Below are positions 23,028 through 33,752 of a DNA stretch of 64,000 bases, in pieces. The first letter of the stretch is position 1; each line of letters starts with the position of its first letter. The stretch comes from an uncultured Phycisphaerales bacterium (lineage in GTDB: Bacteria > Planctomycetota > Phycisphaerae > Sedimentisphaerales > Anaerobacaceae): contig OY970359.1 in the NCBI GenBank assembly GCA_963718665.1, positions 1,760,001-1,824,000 of the forward strand, written 5' to 3'. The notes beneath the pieces are model-generated. The model saw nothing but the letters and a program-made list of their open reading frames with translations, did no database searches and had not been told where the DNA came from. The position numbers were made by a program, and so were the translations under genes.

Positions 23028-23063
23028 AAAAAGGGCTGCGAGATAACTCGCAGCCCTTTTTTT
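23028..23063. terminator. Bidirectional terminator
   Basis: AAAAAGGGCTGCGAG / CTCGCAGCCCTTTTT perfect inverted repeat. Confidence 0.9.
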
Positions 23064-23090
23064 AGCAATCTATGCAGTGTCTATTTTTGT

Positions 23091-26000
23091 TTAATATAGA
23101 GGGTTATTTCCCACCAGCCAGCCGTCAGCAAATGATATCAGGTCTTCTATATCAACTGTTCCGTCGCGGTCAAAATCGGCGCCGCTGCACCAGTTGTTGT
23201 CTGCATTGCAGTTGGTTTGACCCCACTGGCCGGCAAATCCCGCAAAGTCCACAAATTCCAGTGAGCAGGGTGATAAATATACCCCGTCAATGACCTGCCG
23301 ATTTATTCCCGGTCCCTCCCACGCCACCGATACGTTGTCATTGCCGGTATCTTGTTCTTTGTGCAGAACTTCAAAATAATACTTCTGGCCGGCTACCAGC
23401 GAAATTAGCCCCGACTGCTGCGAAGGGTATGTATCCCATGCCTCCCAGTCCGTTGGATCCAACGTATAAGCAATCGGTCCCAGGTTAGCAGGGTCATCGT
23501 TCGTACTGAGAAGCAGGAAGCCCATATCGTCGCTGGCAATCCAGAACGTGTAGCTGCCGCTGGTTACCGGATTTAGATACCCCAGGAATCGAGAACCGTT
23601 ATTATTACCCCAGTTTAAAGGCCCTTCCAGTTTAGTAACCAATTGTCTGCCGCTCGGGTTGTCAGGGTAATTAGCGTTGTCAAGCAGGTCTTCTATATCA
23701 GATCCCGGTACGTCATTCCACCATTCGCGGAGTATTGACCCGGTGCCGCTGGCGGGATTGATCGGCGTAGCGGAAACCTCACTCGAATTCACGGATTCAA
23801 GACCGGAGGTGTCAACCGCGGTAACGACATAGTAATAAGTTGTTCCGTTAACAACATTAGTGTCAGTGTAATTCGAACTGGTTAATAAAGCGCTGTTCAA
23901 TTCGACATAGCCGCTGCCCGAGGTTGTCGAACGATAAACATTGTAGCCGGCCAAGTCGATTTCAGTATTGGTGTTCCAGTCGAGCGAGACAGTTCCTACG
24001 CTTGACGCTGCTGACAGTCCGGTCGGCGCAGCCGGGGCCACATTTGGGGCCATCTTGACTACGAAGCCGATAAGCGAATGGTTGCCGCTCGTTTGGGTTA
24101 CACTTGGCGTTTCGCTGGCGCCTGTTGCGGGTTTGTGTCCATCCATACCATCGTAACCAGACACGGAAAGGTCAACGTCTTTAGTCCAGCCGCTTGTTAC
24201 AGTGTATGTGCCAATGATGGAGCTGGCGGCATTTTCAATTACCATATCACCGTTGTTCGTGGTAAGTGCAGAAGTCGATACCGTAGCGCTGCTTGTTACC
24301 CCGGCACTGGCAGTGGCCCCTACAGGAGTTGTCTGGTTGACATGCTGAAGGAATACACTGGTGTATGTAATATTGGAGCTGGATGGCGAAGATGTCCATG
24401 TAGGTATAAAAGTGGTGTTTGTTGCGGCATTGATGTTGGCGTCGTTGAGGATAAACGCCGCGACGTATGCCTGGCTGGAGCCGCTTCCTGTGAGCTTATC
24501 GGTGATTTTTGTCATCGCTTGTCCGCCATAGGTAACAGCGGTCAAACTTGATGAGCTGCTGCTGGCTTTTGCGTGTGCGACAAAAACCAATGCGCGGTTG
24601 TAGCCCGACGCGTTGGTGTTAGTTGTGCCGGTTACCCATGAGCTGATTATTCCAACGATTGGGTTGGTTTGTGGCCTGGCTGAAACCTGGCTAGAGTTGG
24701 CGGATTCATTCAAAGAGGTATCCACAGCCGTAACTACATAATAATAGATTGTACCGTTTGTAACATTGCCGTCGGTGAAATTCGGACTGTTCAACAGCGC
24801 CCCGTTTTGCTTGGTGTAGGAACCACTGGAAATTGTCGAACGATACACGTTATAGCCGTTTATGTCTGGTTCAGTATTATTGTTCCAGACAAGCAAAACA
24901 TTTGCGTCACCCGCTGTAGCGGACAGGCCCGAAGGAGCCGCCGGAGGTGTTGAGTCGGCAGGAACAGTCGCTGACACCTCGATTGAATCGGCAGATGAGT
25001 TAAAGTTTGTATCTACCGCCGTTACAACGTAGTAATAAGTCCTTGTGCCCGCGACATTTGTGTCGGTGTAAGCGGAAGTTTTCGAGCGCACAAGATTAAG
25101 CCGGGTGGTTTCGCCGCCCGGTGTTGTCGAACGATAAATATCGTATCCGTACAAATCACCATCGGTGTTGTCATTCCAGTCAAGCGTTACTGTTCCCGTG
25201 CTGGGCGTTGCCTTCAGTCCTGTCGGAGTCGCCGGGGGTATTGTGTTTCCGTCGCTGGGCTGGTTGTTGTTTCTCATCAGGTAAAGCGTATCCTTGACAA
25301 AGCCGCCCATTTCATATTCGCCGATGCGAAGTTTATATATCAAACCGTCGGTAAACATCGTAGGTGTCCAGTCATAGCTTGAAACCCAGGCGCTGTTGCT
25401 GATGTTTCGTGCTTCACGGAAATTCTGGAGCGGCTGGCCATAATTAGTAATAGAGCCGTAACCAAGATAGTCATTTGGGTCGTTGTAGAATCCCCATTCG
25501 CTCATAAAAACGGGGTAGTGGGCAAGACAATTATTAATATTGGTCGTGTACCAGTTACTGCCGGGTGTTCCGTTAAGCCAATGGTAGGGATAGATGTGAG
25601 AAACGATAGCGATGTTGTCTCCCGTAAGGGGATAAGTTGCTGCCGGTCCGATTGTCTGGGACCAGCTCGCGCCTGCCACAAGGATAAGATTATTGGGTGC
25701 GTATGAACGCACGATATTAAACCAGTTTTGCATATCTGTTCTGACGCTTAGCCAGTTGGCGTTATCCGAACCGAAACTGGTATTTATCGGCTCATTGAAA
25801 AGCTCAAAAATAACGTGGCTGTCATTAGCGAACTTTGGCGCCATATACGTCCAGAATTGGTTTGTTGATGCAATATGGCTGTAGGTATTGTCGACATAGT
25901 GCCAGTCAATGATTGCGTAAAGGTTTTTTGTTTTGCAGTAATCAACAACCGACCTGAGAAGAGTATATAAATCAGTATTATTGGGGTCAAAGGGATGCGG

Positions 26001-26312
26001 CCAGCCATAGTTTACCGAATCAGGCGGGGTAATGTTAATCCTGAGAACTCTGGGGTACCAGCCGGGAGAACTTCCGCAGGGGTCGTTTTGATTCGTCAGC
26101 CGGTCAACCATAGCGGTTGCGCCGCCCTCCCAATCCTGAAGAAAACCCAAATCAATCAAATCGATGCCTCTCAGGACGACGATATTGCCACAGGGGTCTT
26201 TTATAACATTGCCGTCCGTGTGCAGCCAGGGAGTTGCGGCATAAAGCGGGGTTGCCAGGCAAAAAAGCGAGAAAACCACGATTGTTTGAGCTAACCTTCT
26301 TTTCATCATCAT
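23091..26312 (-). CDS. Secreted modular GH5 glycoside hydrolase (GH5, 3 Fn3, PA14-like domain, dockerin-like tail)
   Basis: IDWH, FNEP (acid/base) and SEWG (nucleophile); three GYNVYRST..YYYVVTAVD-type repeats; YTFWIASDD; ADFDRDGTVDIED. Confidence 0.9.
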   Translation of the reverse strand: MMMKRRLAQTIVVFSLFCLATPLYAATPWLHTDGNVIKDPCGNIVVLRGIDLIDLGFLQDWEGGATAMVDRLTNQNDPCGSSPGWYPRVLRINITPPDSVNYGWPHPFDPNNTDLYTLLRSVVDYCKTKNLYAIIDWHYVDNTYSHIASTNQFWTYMAPKFANDSHVIFELFNEPINTSFGSDNANWLSVRTDMQNWFNIVRSYAPNNLILVAGASWSQTIGPAATYPLTGDNIAIVSHIYPYHWLNGTPGSNWYTTNINNCLAHYPVFMSEWGFYNDPNDYLGYGSITNYGQPLQNFREARNISNSAWVSSYDWTPTMFTDGLIYKLRIGEYEMGGFVKDTLYLMRNNNQPSDGNTIPPATPTGLKATPSTGTVTLDWNDNTDGDLYGYDIYRSTTPGGETTRLNLVRSKTSAYTDTNVAGTRTYYYVVTAVDTNFNSSADSIEVSATVPADSTPPAAPSGLSATAGDANVLLVWNNNTEPDINGYNVYRSTISSGSYTKQNGALLNSPNFTDGNVTNGTIYYYVVTAVDTSLNESANSSQVSARPQTNPIVGIISSWVTGTTNTNASGYNRALVFVAHAKASSSSSSLTAVTYGGQAMTKITDKLTGSGSSQAYVAAFILNDANINAATNTTFIPTWTSSPSSSNITYTSVFLQHVNQTTPVGATASAGVTSSATVSTSALTTNNGDMVIENAASSIIGTYTVTSGWTKDVDLSVSGYDGMDGHKPATGASETPSVTQTSGNHSLIGFVVKMAPNVAPAAPTGLSAASSVGTVSLDWNTNTEIDLAGYNVYRSTTSGSGYVELNSALLTSSNYTDTNVVNGTTYYYVVTAVDTSGLESVNSSEVSATPINPASGTGSILREWWNDVPGSDIEDLLDNANYPDNPSGRQLVTKLEGPLNWGNNNGSRFLGYLNPVTSGSYTFWIASDDMGFLLLSTNDDPANLGPIAYTLDPTDWEAWDTYPSQQSGLISLVAGQKYYFEVLHKEQDTGNDNVSVAWEGPGINRQVIDGVYLSPCSLEFVDFAGFAGQWGQTNCNADNNWCSGADFDRDGTVDIEDLISFADGWLVGNNPLY

Positions 26313-26952
26313 TCTAACCCCCAAAAAAGACGCAAACCCCATTTACTGGGTATGTGTGGAGACAATAATGGTGGGCCGCAATCGGTCAGTAACTCCGTTT
26401 ACCTGTTCAATATAAGTTTACCATAAAACCTACTACGTTTTCAAGGATTAAGTTATTGCAAAATAAATTTAAAAAAAGTACCGGTAGGCGTAAGTTCCTG
26501 CTGGCATTGAAATTACGGCAAAACCACTGATGGCTGCTCAATTCAAAAGAGCTATTCCTCGGCAAACGTGTAAATGCAAAAACGATAACGGCCCCGCTTA
26601 ATATTCTCTTCTTAAATTACTCCAACCTCCAAAAATCAAACGGCTTCCTGATATGGCTTAAAAAATATGCAAAGCGACTATTCTATCAGGGGATGTGCTG
26701 GTGGTGGTTATAGGAACACTTCGACATTTGATTCTGGCATTCACCTTATGGTTAATAGTTTGTCATAATTTGCCGGCCTAACCGAGTTTAAACTGGGCAA
26801 AAAGGGCAATTTTAGGAAAAAGGCGGTTGGTTTACGCAAGAGGCGGATTTGCGCTATCCAAACCACAATAAATCCGGCTGAATCTGTATTGCTAATTGCC
26901 GGATGATGGATTATCATTACCACTTACTTTATTATTAAGCGGGGAAGCATTT

Positions 26953-27897
26953 GTGCGAAAGCTCAGTATATTGGCGATTTTGATAGCAGCGAGTTTGGCT
27001 TTGCCGACGGGGCGGGTTGCCATTTGCGCAGAAACATTGCGATTGGATGAGCAGGGCCAGTTGCAAAAGGTGACGGACAGTAATGATGAGCAGTATCTGC
27101 TGCGGGTCGCGGAAATAAAAAAGCTTGTTGACGCGGGTAAGCCGGATCAGGTCAAAAAGGCCGCTGAACAGCTTAAGAAGGATTTTCCCGGTGTTGCTGG
27201 CAAGGACTTCGGTTCATTTATGAAAGCCGAGGTGCATTTAGCTGGAGGCAAACTGACCAAGGCGGTGAGGCAATACGATGATTTTCTGGATAAATACCCC
27301 ATCAGTCCCCTGAAAGACGCTGCGCTTAACCGGCAGTTTGAAGTCGCAACGGAGTTTTTGGCGGGCCGCAAGAAGACAATTATTATATTCAGGGTCAGCG
27401 CCTTCGAGGACGGCGTAAAGATAATGGAAAAAATCAGCGACCGGACAGGCACCGCGGATATAGCGAAAAATGCCCTGCTGTCTGTTGCGCACAGTTACGA
27501 AAAACGCAAACAGTATAACGAAGCATACCTCAAGTGGTCGGAAATATCGATGCGATGGCCCACAGGCGAAATAGCCAGGGACGCGCTGCTGGCGATGGCG
27601 AGGACTAAATACGAGGCGTATCGCGGGTCGGTGTATGACGGGTCGAGCTTAATCAGCGCAAAGACCTATTATGAGAATTTTAAACTGCGTTACCCTGAAG
27701 AGGCGCAGGAGCTGAAGGTGAATGAGATTTTAACCCGTATCAGCGAGCAATTGGCAGAGAAGAATCTGTTGATAGCCAAATATTATGAAAGGACCGGCAG
27801 CGCAGGACCGGCCAATATGTATTACCAGTTGGTTGTTGATAGCTGGCCGGATACCAAAGCGGCACAGACGGCGCGGCTTAAATTGAATCAAAAATAA
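26953..27897 (+). CDS. bamD: Outer membrane assembly factor BamD-like TPR protein
   Basis: TPR helices, YP motifs, IAKYYER..A.MYY..V...WPDT C-terminus; next to lptE. Confidence 0.75.
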   Translation: MRKLSILAILIAASLALPTGRVAICAETLRLDEQGQLQKVTDSNDEQYLLRVAEIKKLVDAGKPDQVKKAAEQLKKDFPGVAGKDFGSFMKAEVHLAGGKLTKAVRQYDDFLDKYPISPLKDAALNRQFEVATEFLAGRKKTIIIFRVSAFEDGVKIMEKISDRTGTADIAKNALLSVAHSYEKRKQYNEAYLKWSEISMRWPTGEIARDALLAMARTKYEAYRGSVYDGSSLISAKTYYENFKLRYPEEAQELKVNEILTRISEQLAEKNLLIAKYYERTGSAGPANMYYQLVVDSWPDTKAAQTARLKLNQK

Positions 27898-27902
27898 AGG
27901 AC

Positions 27903-28463
27903 ATGATGACTAAGAGTAGAGGACAGATGGCTGATGACCGAGGACAGATGGCTGATTGTCTGCCTTCTGTCTTCCGTCTTCTGTCTTCCGTCTTCTGTCT
28001 TCTGGCTCTTGCCGGCTGCGCAGGTTACAGCAACACATCGCTGTACCCGAAAGATGTTGCGACTGTTTACGTGGAAATGTTTGATAATCAGAGTTTCAGA
28101 CGCGGCATAGAGTATGAGCTGACCGACGCCCTGGCGAAGCGCATAGAATCGCAGACGCCCTACAAGATAGTTTCGAACCGTGACAAGGCCGACACCGTAA
28201 TAAGCGGGCATATTGCGCAGGTCAAAGAATCGGTTTTGACCACTGAACGCCAGATAGGCAGGGCGATGGAGAAAAATATCGAGCTTCGGGCCGTGGTGAG
28301 CTGGAAGAACTTGCGGACCGGAGAACTGTTGATAGATAATAAAACAGTAAGCGCGTCAGCCAGCTACTCGGAGTGGCAAAGCCAGAGTTTCGCATACGGC
28401 TCGACGCTTGCGGCAAACTCGCTTGCGGTGCGAATCGTGGAACTGATGGAATCTAAATGGTAG
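27903..28463 (+). CDS. lptE: LPS assembly lipoprotein LptE-like
   Basis: Lipobox LAGC followed by GY; VYVEMFDN..FRRGIEYELT. Confidence 0.75.
   Translation: MMTKSRGQMADDRGQMADCLPSVFRLLSSVFCLLALAGCAGYSNTSLYPKDVATVYVEMFDNQSFRRGIEYELTDALAKRIESQTPYKIVSNRDKADTVISGHIAQVKESVLTTERQIGRAMEKNIELRAVVSWKNLRTGELLIDNKTVSASASYSEWQSQSFAYGSTLAANSLAVRIVELMESKW
27916..28005. repeat. Tandem repeats within the lptE 5' end
   Basis: GAGGACAGATGGCTGA twice at 21-bp spacing, then about six (TC)TGTCT/CCGTCTT heptamers. Confidence 0.85.
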
Positions 28464-28505
28464 CCGCCGGGTTTTGTGTCCTGGCGACTTAGCGGCAAAA
28501 TAGAT

Positions 28506-30497
28506 ATGGTCGAAAATCGAAAGAAAAAAAACGGCTCAGGTCGATTCGAGAAAAAAGATTTACCCGGGAAAAATCCGATGGTGCCCCGCAACGGGCCGTT
28601 TAATCTGCTTTTGATTGCGGGCGTGATAATAACGGTAATGCTGCTGGTCCAGCAGTTGACGCCGCGAGTCGATACGCTCAGGTACGACGAGTTTGTTGAG
28701 CATCTTCGCGATGGGCATATCGAAAAGGTTGTTCTCAGCGAAACCGATATCAGCGGCCAGTTCAAGCAGGAGTGGGTTACGAGCAAGGGGAACAAAACCG
28801 CGAAGGAATTCGTTGTTACATACAGGTCGGGCGGCGTTCTCGATGATGACCTGAAAAAGCTGCTGGCTGAGCAGATTGATAAAGGCGGCCTGCAGGTTGA
28901 GCAGAGTAAAGAGCGTGTCTGGCTGTGGAACCTGCTTGGTATGCTGTTTCCGCTTGTCCTTGTGGGCCTGTTTTTATACCTGATGTTTGCTCGTAATCTT
29001 CGCGGCGGGGCTGGCGGTATGCTGATGTCATTCGGCAGGAGCAAACATCGCCTGCACGATAAAGAAAAAGTAAAAATCACCTTCGAGGACGTCGCGGGAA
29101 TAGACGAAGCCAAGGAAGAGGTTGCGGAGATAATTGAGTTTTTGAGAAATCCCAAGAAATTCCAGCGGCTCGGCGGACGCATACCTCGCGGCGTATTGCT
29201 TGTGGGGCCTCCCGGTTGCGGCAAGACGCTTTTGGCAAAAGCCATCGCGGGCGAGGCGGATGTGCCGTTTTACAGCATATCGGGAAGTGATTTCGTTGAG
29301 ATGTTCGTAGGCGTGGGGGCGTCGCGCGTGCGGGATTTGTTCAAGCAGGCCAAAGACAGCTCACCCTGTATTATATTTCTTGATGAAATTGACGCCGTGG
29401 GTCGCAGACGCAGCGCAAGTTTCGCGGGCGGCGGACACGATGAACGCGAACAGACGCTCAACGCAATCCTTGTTGAGATGGACGGGTTCGATACCGATGA
29501 CCAGGTGATTGTGATGGCGGCAACAAACCGCTCAGACATACTGGATAGCGCATTAACCAGGCCGGGCAGATTCGACAGGCAGGTGGTGGTGCCTCTGCCT
29601 GACCTCAAGGGTCGGATGGAGATACTCAGGGTTCACGCCAAGAAGGTCAAGCTCGGCCCTGATGTGAACCTCGAACGAGCAGCTCGCGGGACGCCGATGT
29701 TCAGCGGTGCAGATTTGGCGGCGATTATCAACGAGGCGGCGCTGGCGGCGACTATGGCCAACAAGGATTTCATCGAAAGCGCAGACCTCGAAGAAGCAAG
29801 AGACAAGGTGCGCTGGGGTCGCGCCAAGAAAAGCAGGGTAATCGACCAGAAAGAACGGGAGATTACCGCCTTCCACGAGGCCGGACATACGCTTGTGCAG
29901 TCAATATTGAAAGAGGCGGATCCGCTTCATAAAGTCAGCATTATCCCTCGCGGGCCGATGGGCGGGGCGACATTTGCGCTGCCGGAAAAGGACCGCACAC
30001 TGTTTACGAAAAAATATTGTATGGCGCTGCTGCAGGTTTGCTTCGGAGGCAGAATTGCCGAAGAAATGTTCTGCGAAGACATATCGAGCGGAGCGCAATC
30101 AGATATCCAGCAGGCGACCCGGATTGCCAAACAAATGGTGCTGACTTGGGGGATGAGCGAACGGCTGGGTCCTGTCAGTTACGAGACGGATGCCGGACTT
30201 GCGGAGACATTCTACGGGCTGCCTGCCGAGAAGGAGTATTCTGAAAAGACCGCGGAAACAATAGATATTGAGGTCAAACGGATAACCGATGAGGCATACA
30301 ACAAGGCCAGGGAATTGATTGAACATAACAGGGACAATGTCGAGCGTATCGCCAAAGCCCTTCTCAAGTATGAGACGCTCGATGCGGAAGACGTGAAGAT
30401 TATTATCGCGGGGGGCTCCCTCGATAAGCCGACGGTGGCGGATTTACTTGCGGCAGAGCAGGCGAAAGACAAAAAAACCGCCGAGGAAAAGAAATAA
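28506..30497 (+). CDS. ftsH: ATP-dependent zinc metalloprotease FtsH
   Basis: 2 [24 protein letters not shown] and HEAGH. Confidence 0.98.
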   Translation: MVENRKKKNGSGRFEKKDLPGKNPMVPRNGPFNLLLIAGVIITVMLLVQQLTPRVDTLRYDEFVEHLRDGHIEKVVLSETDISGQFKQEWVTSKGNKTAKEFVVTYRSGGVLDDDLKKLLAEQIDKGGLQVEQSKERVWLWNLLGMLFPLVLVGLFLYLMFARNLRGGAGGMLMSFGRSKHRLHDKEKVKITFEDVAGIDEAKEEVAEIIEFLRNPKKFQRLGGRIPRGVLLVGPPGCGKTLLAKAIAGEADVPFYSISGSDFVEMFVGVGASRVRDLFKQAKDSSPCIIFLDEIDAVGRRRSASFAGGGHDEREQTLNAILVEMDGFDTDDQVIVMAATNRSDILDSALTRPGRFDRQVVVPLPDLKGRMEILRVHAKKVKLGPDVNLERAARGTPMFSGADLAAIINEAALAATMANKDFIESADLEEARDKVRWGRAKKSRVIDQKEREITAFHEAGHTLVQSILKEADPLHKVSIIPRGPMGGATFALPEKDRTLFTKKYCMALLQVCFGGRIAEEMFCEDISSGAQSDIQQATRIAKQMVLTWGMSERLGPVSYETDAGLAETFYGLPAEKEYSEKTAETIDIEVKRITDEAYNKARELIEHNRDNVERIAKALLKYETLDAEDVKIIIAGGSLDKPTVADLLAAEQAKDKKTAEEKK

Positions 30498-30537
30498 AAG
30501 GCGGGCGTTTCAATATTTTTAATCCTTCGATAGGGAT

Positions 30538-32310
30538 ATGAGGATTAGAACAAGTGGAATACTTATAGTATTTGCTTTATTTTCGGCCGGCGCGATTGCC
30601 GCCGAAGTCCCGCAGCGGCAAAAAGTCAATGTTGTAACTTTCTGGGCCGAACAGCAATTCGATACGGTATCGCCGGGCGGCAAAAGCGCAATCTCGATTC
30701 ACTTTGAATTGGAAAAGGACTGGCATTTCTACGCCTCCGCAGATAACGCCCCGGGCGGTATGAATCTCAAACTTGAACCAAATGAGCAGGGTGCGAAAGT
30801 CCTGTCGTTTGGCAAACCTATATTTCCCAAACCCGGCTGGATTTACGATGATGCGCTTGGTAAAAAGATAGACGTAATCGGCGGCGACTTCGCTGTGTAT
30901 CTGCCGTTTACCGTGGCGGCATCGTCAGGCGAGAAGACGGTCGTTGTTAGTATTGGTATTGTCGGAGCGGTCTGCTCGAACACTCGATGCAGCGTTCCTG
31001 ATTTCGGCAGCGTAAAGGTTGAAGTAAAAATCAAGCCAGGGGATGTATCTGCTCAGCCGAAATTCACCCTTCCCGAACCACAGAAATCACCTGCTTTAAC
31101 GGGCCAATGGGCGGACTATTCTATTTGGGCGGCGCTTGTGCTGGCGTTTGTCGCAGGGCTTTCGCTGAACATTATGCCCTGTGTCTGGCCTGTATTGCCG
31201 ATAATCGTGATGCGGCTTGTCGAGCAGGCAAAACAGGGCAAGAGCAAGTCGATTGTAATGGGACTTGCGTTCTGCACGGGCGTTCTGCTTTTCTTCGCGT
31301 GCTTAGCCGGCGCTAATATCATTTTGAAACTCGTTTACAACACCACACTTCAGTGGGGCGACCAGTTCCGCAACCCTGCGTTTGTCGCGGGGATGGCGAT
31401 GCTTATGGTGGTGCTGGCGTTATTTATGTTCGGCCTTTTTACAATTACCGTCCCCTCGTCAATATCAGGCAAAAGCGGCTCAGGCAAAGGATTCGGCGGC
31501 GCGGTAGGGATGGGTTTTCTGGCAGCGATACTCAGCACGCCGTGCAGTTTCGCGATATTGGCGGCGGCGTTCGCCTGGGCACAGGCACAGCCACTGGGGC
31601 TTGCGACGGTGGCGATAATGGTAATCGGAATCGGTATGGCGACGCCCTTCGCGATATTAACCGCAATGCCTGCGTTATTGAGCAGAACGCCGAGACCGGG
31701 CCGTTGGATGGAATTATTCAAGCAGACCATCGGCTTTGTGCTTCTTGTCATTGCGGTCAAACTTATAGCCGCTCTTCCTGTTGACAGGCGTGTTAATGTC
31801 CTGTATTTCGCGGTGGCCCTCGGGTTCTGCGTCTGGATGTGGGGCGGCTGGGTCAGTTTCGCTGCGCCCGCCTTGCGAAGATGGGCTGTCAGGATAATAG
31901 CGGTTGCGCTGGCGGTTGCCGCGGGCGTTATGTTTTTACCCGCACCTAAGCCGTTGCTTATTAACTGGCAAAAATATGATTCGGCTGTGATAAAACAGGC
32001 ACAGGACGCGAATAAACCCGTGCTTATGGATTTTACCGCCGACTGGTGTCTGAGCTGTGCGGTTGTCGATAAAAAAGTTTACGCCCGCAAGGATATCGCG
32101 GATTTGATAAAGCAAAAAAGCATCCTTGCGATTAAGGCCGATACTACCGTCAGCGATTATCCGGCGACGATTGCCCTGAAAGAAATCTACAATGAACCCG
32201 GTGTGCCGGTGAGCATATTACTTGTGCCGGGACAGGATGAGAGACGCTGGCGAGGTCTGTCATTCGGCTATGAGCTAAAATCTGCCCTTGAGCAATTAAA
32301 GAATCAATAA
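30538..32310 (+). CDS. dsbD: DsbD-family thiol:disulfide interchange protein
   Basis: WHFY and C..C N-domain, NIMPCV, STPCS and ADWCLSC thioredoxin motif. Confidence 0.88.
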   Translation: MRIRTSGILIVFALFSAGAIAAEVPQRQKVNVVTFWAEQQFDTVSPGGKSAISIHFELEKDWHFYASADNAPGGMNLKLEPNEQGAKVLSFGKPIFPKPGWIYDDALGKKIDVIGGDFAVYLPFTVAASSGEKTVVVSIGIVGAVCSNTRCSVPDFGSVKVEVKIKPGDVSAQPKFTLPEPQKSPALTGQWADYSIWAALVLAFVAGLSLNIMPCVWPVLPIIVMRLVEQAKQGKSKSIVMGLAFCTGVLLFFACLAGANIILKLVYNTTLQWGDQFRNPAFVAGMAMLMVVLALFMFGLFTITVPSSISGKSGSGKGFGGAVGMGFLAAILSTPCSFAILAAAFAWAQAQPLGLATVAIMVIGIGMATPFAILTAMPALLSRTPRPGRWMELFKQTIGFVLLVIAVKLIAALPVDRRVNVLYFAVALGFCVWMWGGWVSFAAPALRRWAVRIIAVALAVAAGVMFLPAPKPLLINWQKYDSAVIKQAQDANKPVLMDFTADWCLSCAVVDKKVYARKDIADLIKQKSILAIKADTTVSDYPATIALKEIYNEPGVPVSILLVPGQDERRWRGLSFGYELKSALEQLKNQ

Positions 32311-32317
32311 TCCCCCT

Positions 32318-32998
32318 ATGGCAAAAAAAACAGCCACAAGTTTTACGGTTGATAAAAAAGAAGCCGCCCGGCGCGTCGGCAAAATACTGCCCATTCTCCA
32401 AAAGTGTTACCCCGGCGCATCGGTAGCATTACGATTCGGCAATCCGCTCGAATTACTCATAGCCACGATACTCTCGGCCCAGTGCACCGACAAGCGGGTG
32501 AATATGATTACGCCTGCCTTATTCGCAAAATATAAATCCACGCAGGATTGGGCCAAAGCAAAGCTCGAAACAATCGAAAATGATATACGAAGCGCCGGCT
32601 TTTACCATAATAAGGCAATCGGTATCCAGGGTGCCTGCCGGACGATAATCGAGAAGTTTGCCGGCCGTGTGCCGGATACGATGGATGAGCTCGTAACGCT
32701 GCCCGGTGTGGGCAGAAAAACCGCCAATTGTGTTTTGGCAAATGCCTTTGGTCAGCCGGCGATAATGTGCGACACCCATGTCATACGGCTTAGTCGCCGA
32801 CTGCAATTATCGCAAAACAGCGACCCCGTTAAGCTTGAGTTTGATTTGGCCGAAATAATTCCTAAGAAGGACTGGACGATATTCAGTCACACGGTTATTT
32901 TACACGGGCGAAATACCTGCCAGGCAAGAAAGCCGGATTGCCCGAATTGTGCGATATCGAAGTATTGTCCTTCGGCGAACAACCCGGCCCTGTGGTGA
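32318..32998 (+). CDS. nth: Endonuclease III
   Basis: LSAQCTD, LPGVGRKTA HhH, DTHV and C-x6-C-x2-C-x5-C 4Fe-4S motif. Confidence 0.97.
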   Translation: MAKKTATSFTVDKKEAARRVGKILPILQKCYPGASVALRFGNPLELLIATILSAQCTDKRVNMITPALFAKYKSTQDWAKAKLETIENDIRSAGFYHNKAIGIQGACRTIIEKFAGRVPDTMDELVTLPGVGRKTANCVLANAFGQPAIMCDTHVIRLSRRLQLSQNSDPVKLEFDLAEIIPKKDWTIFSHTVILHGRNTCQARKPDCPNCAISKYCPSANNPALW

Positions 32999-33054
32999 AA
33001 CCGGGGCAGCATAACCGATATACGAAAAACGATTTTGAAGGAGATCTTCACGTG

Positions 33055-33744
33055 ATGGCAAATGTAACAAGTCAGCCGGTTGAGGATTTGTGGCGGATAT
33101 TCAGGATACTCTCCGAATTCGTCGAAGGTTTTCAGGAATTGTCAACCGTCGGCCCGGCGGTATCGATTTTCGGCTCCGCGAGGTTGGCCCCGGACCACCG
33201 TTATTACAAGCTTGCCCAGCAAACCGCCTACGAGATAGCGAAGGAAGGTTTTACCGTCATCACCGGCGGTGGCGGCGGAATTATGGAGGCGGCCAACAAA
33301 GGCGCGGCTGCCGCGGGCGGCAAAAGCGTCGGGCTCAATATCGAGATTCCAAAAGAGCAGATACCGAATGAGTATCAGAATATCTCAATGAAGTTCCGAT
33401 ACTTTTTCGTTCGCAAGGTTATGTTTCTCAAATACGCCCACGGCTTTGTTGTTTTTCCGGGCGGCTACGGCACACTGGATGAGTTCAGCGAGGCCCTTGT
33501 GCTGATTCAGACCCTTCGTCAGGCGTCTTTCCCCGTCATACTTATGGGCAGGGATTACTGGAAAGGCCTCATCGACTGGATACGCGACAGGATGCAGCGG
33601 GAAGGATGCATAGAACCAAAGGATTTGAACGTGTTTTCAATGAGCGACGACCCGCAGGAAGTGGCCAAAATCATAGTCAGGTTCAAAGAAAGTGCCGCGC
33701 CAAGCGGTCTGCAACTGCCCGGCGGCATGAACGTGAAAAAGTGA
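33055..33744 (+). CDS. LOG family (TIGR00730) nucleotide phosphoribohydrolase
   Basis: FGSAR, TGGGGGIMEA, RKVMF and PGGYGTLDE. Confidence 0.92.
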   Translation: MANVTSQPVEDLWRIFRILSEFVEGFQELSTVGPAVSIFGSARLAPDHRYYKLAQQTAYEIAKEGFTVITGGGGGIMEAANKGAAAAGGKSVGLNIEIPKEQIPNEYQNISMKFRYFFVRKVMFLKYAHGFVVFPGGYGTLDEFSEALVLIQTLRQASFPVILMGRDYWKGLIDWIRDRMQREGCIEPKDLNVFSMSDDPQEVAKIIVRFKESAAPSGLQLPGGMNVKK

Positions 33745-33752
33745 TAATCGCG

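Noticed and set aside
26485..26520. CGTAAG..TTACG imperfect palindrome sharing GGCATTGAA with about 59800
   Set aside because: Match is too short and degenerate to support a binding or recombination site
27916..28005. CRISPR array
   Set aside because: Repeats are 7-21 bp tandem units without unique spacers, and no cas genes are present
28364..29245. 293-aa minus-strand ORF
   Set aside because: Antisense shadow of ftsH
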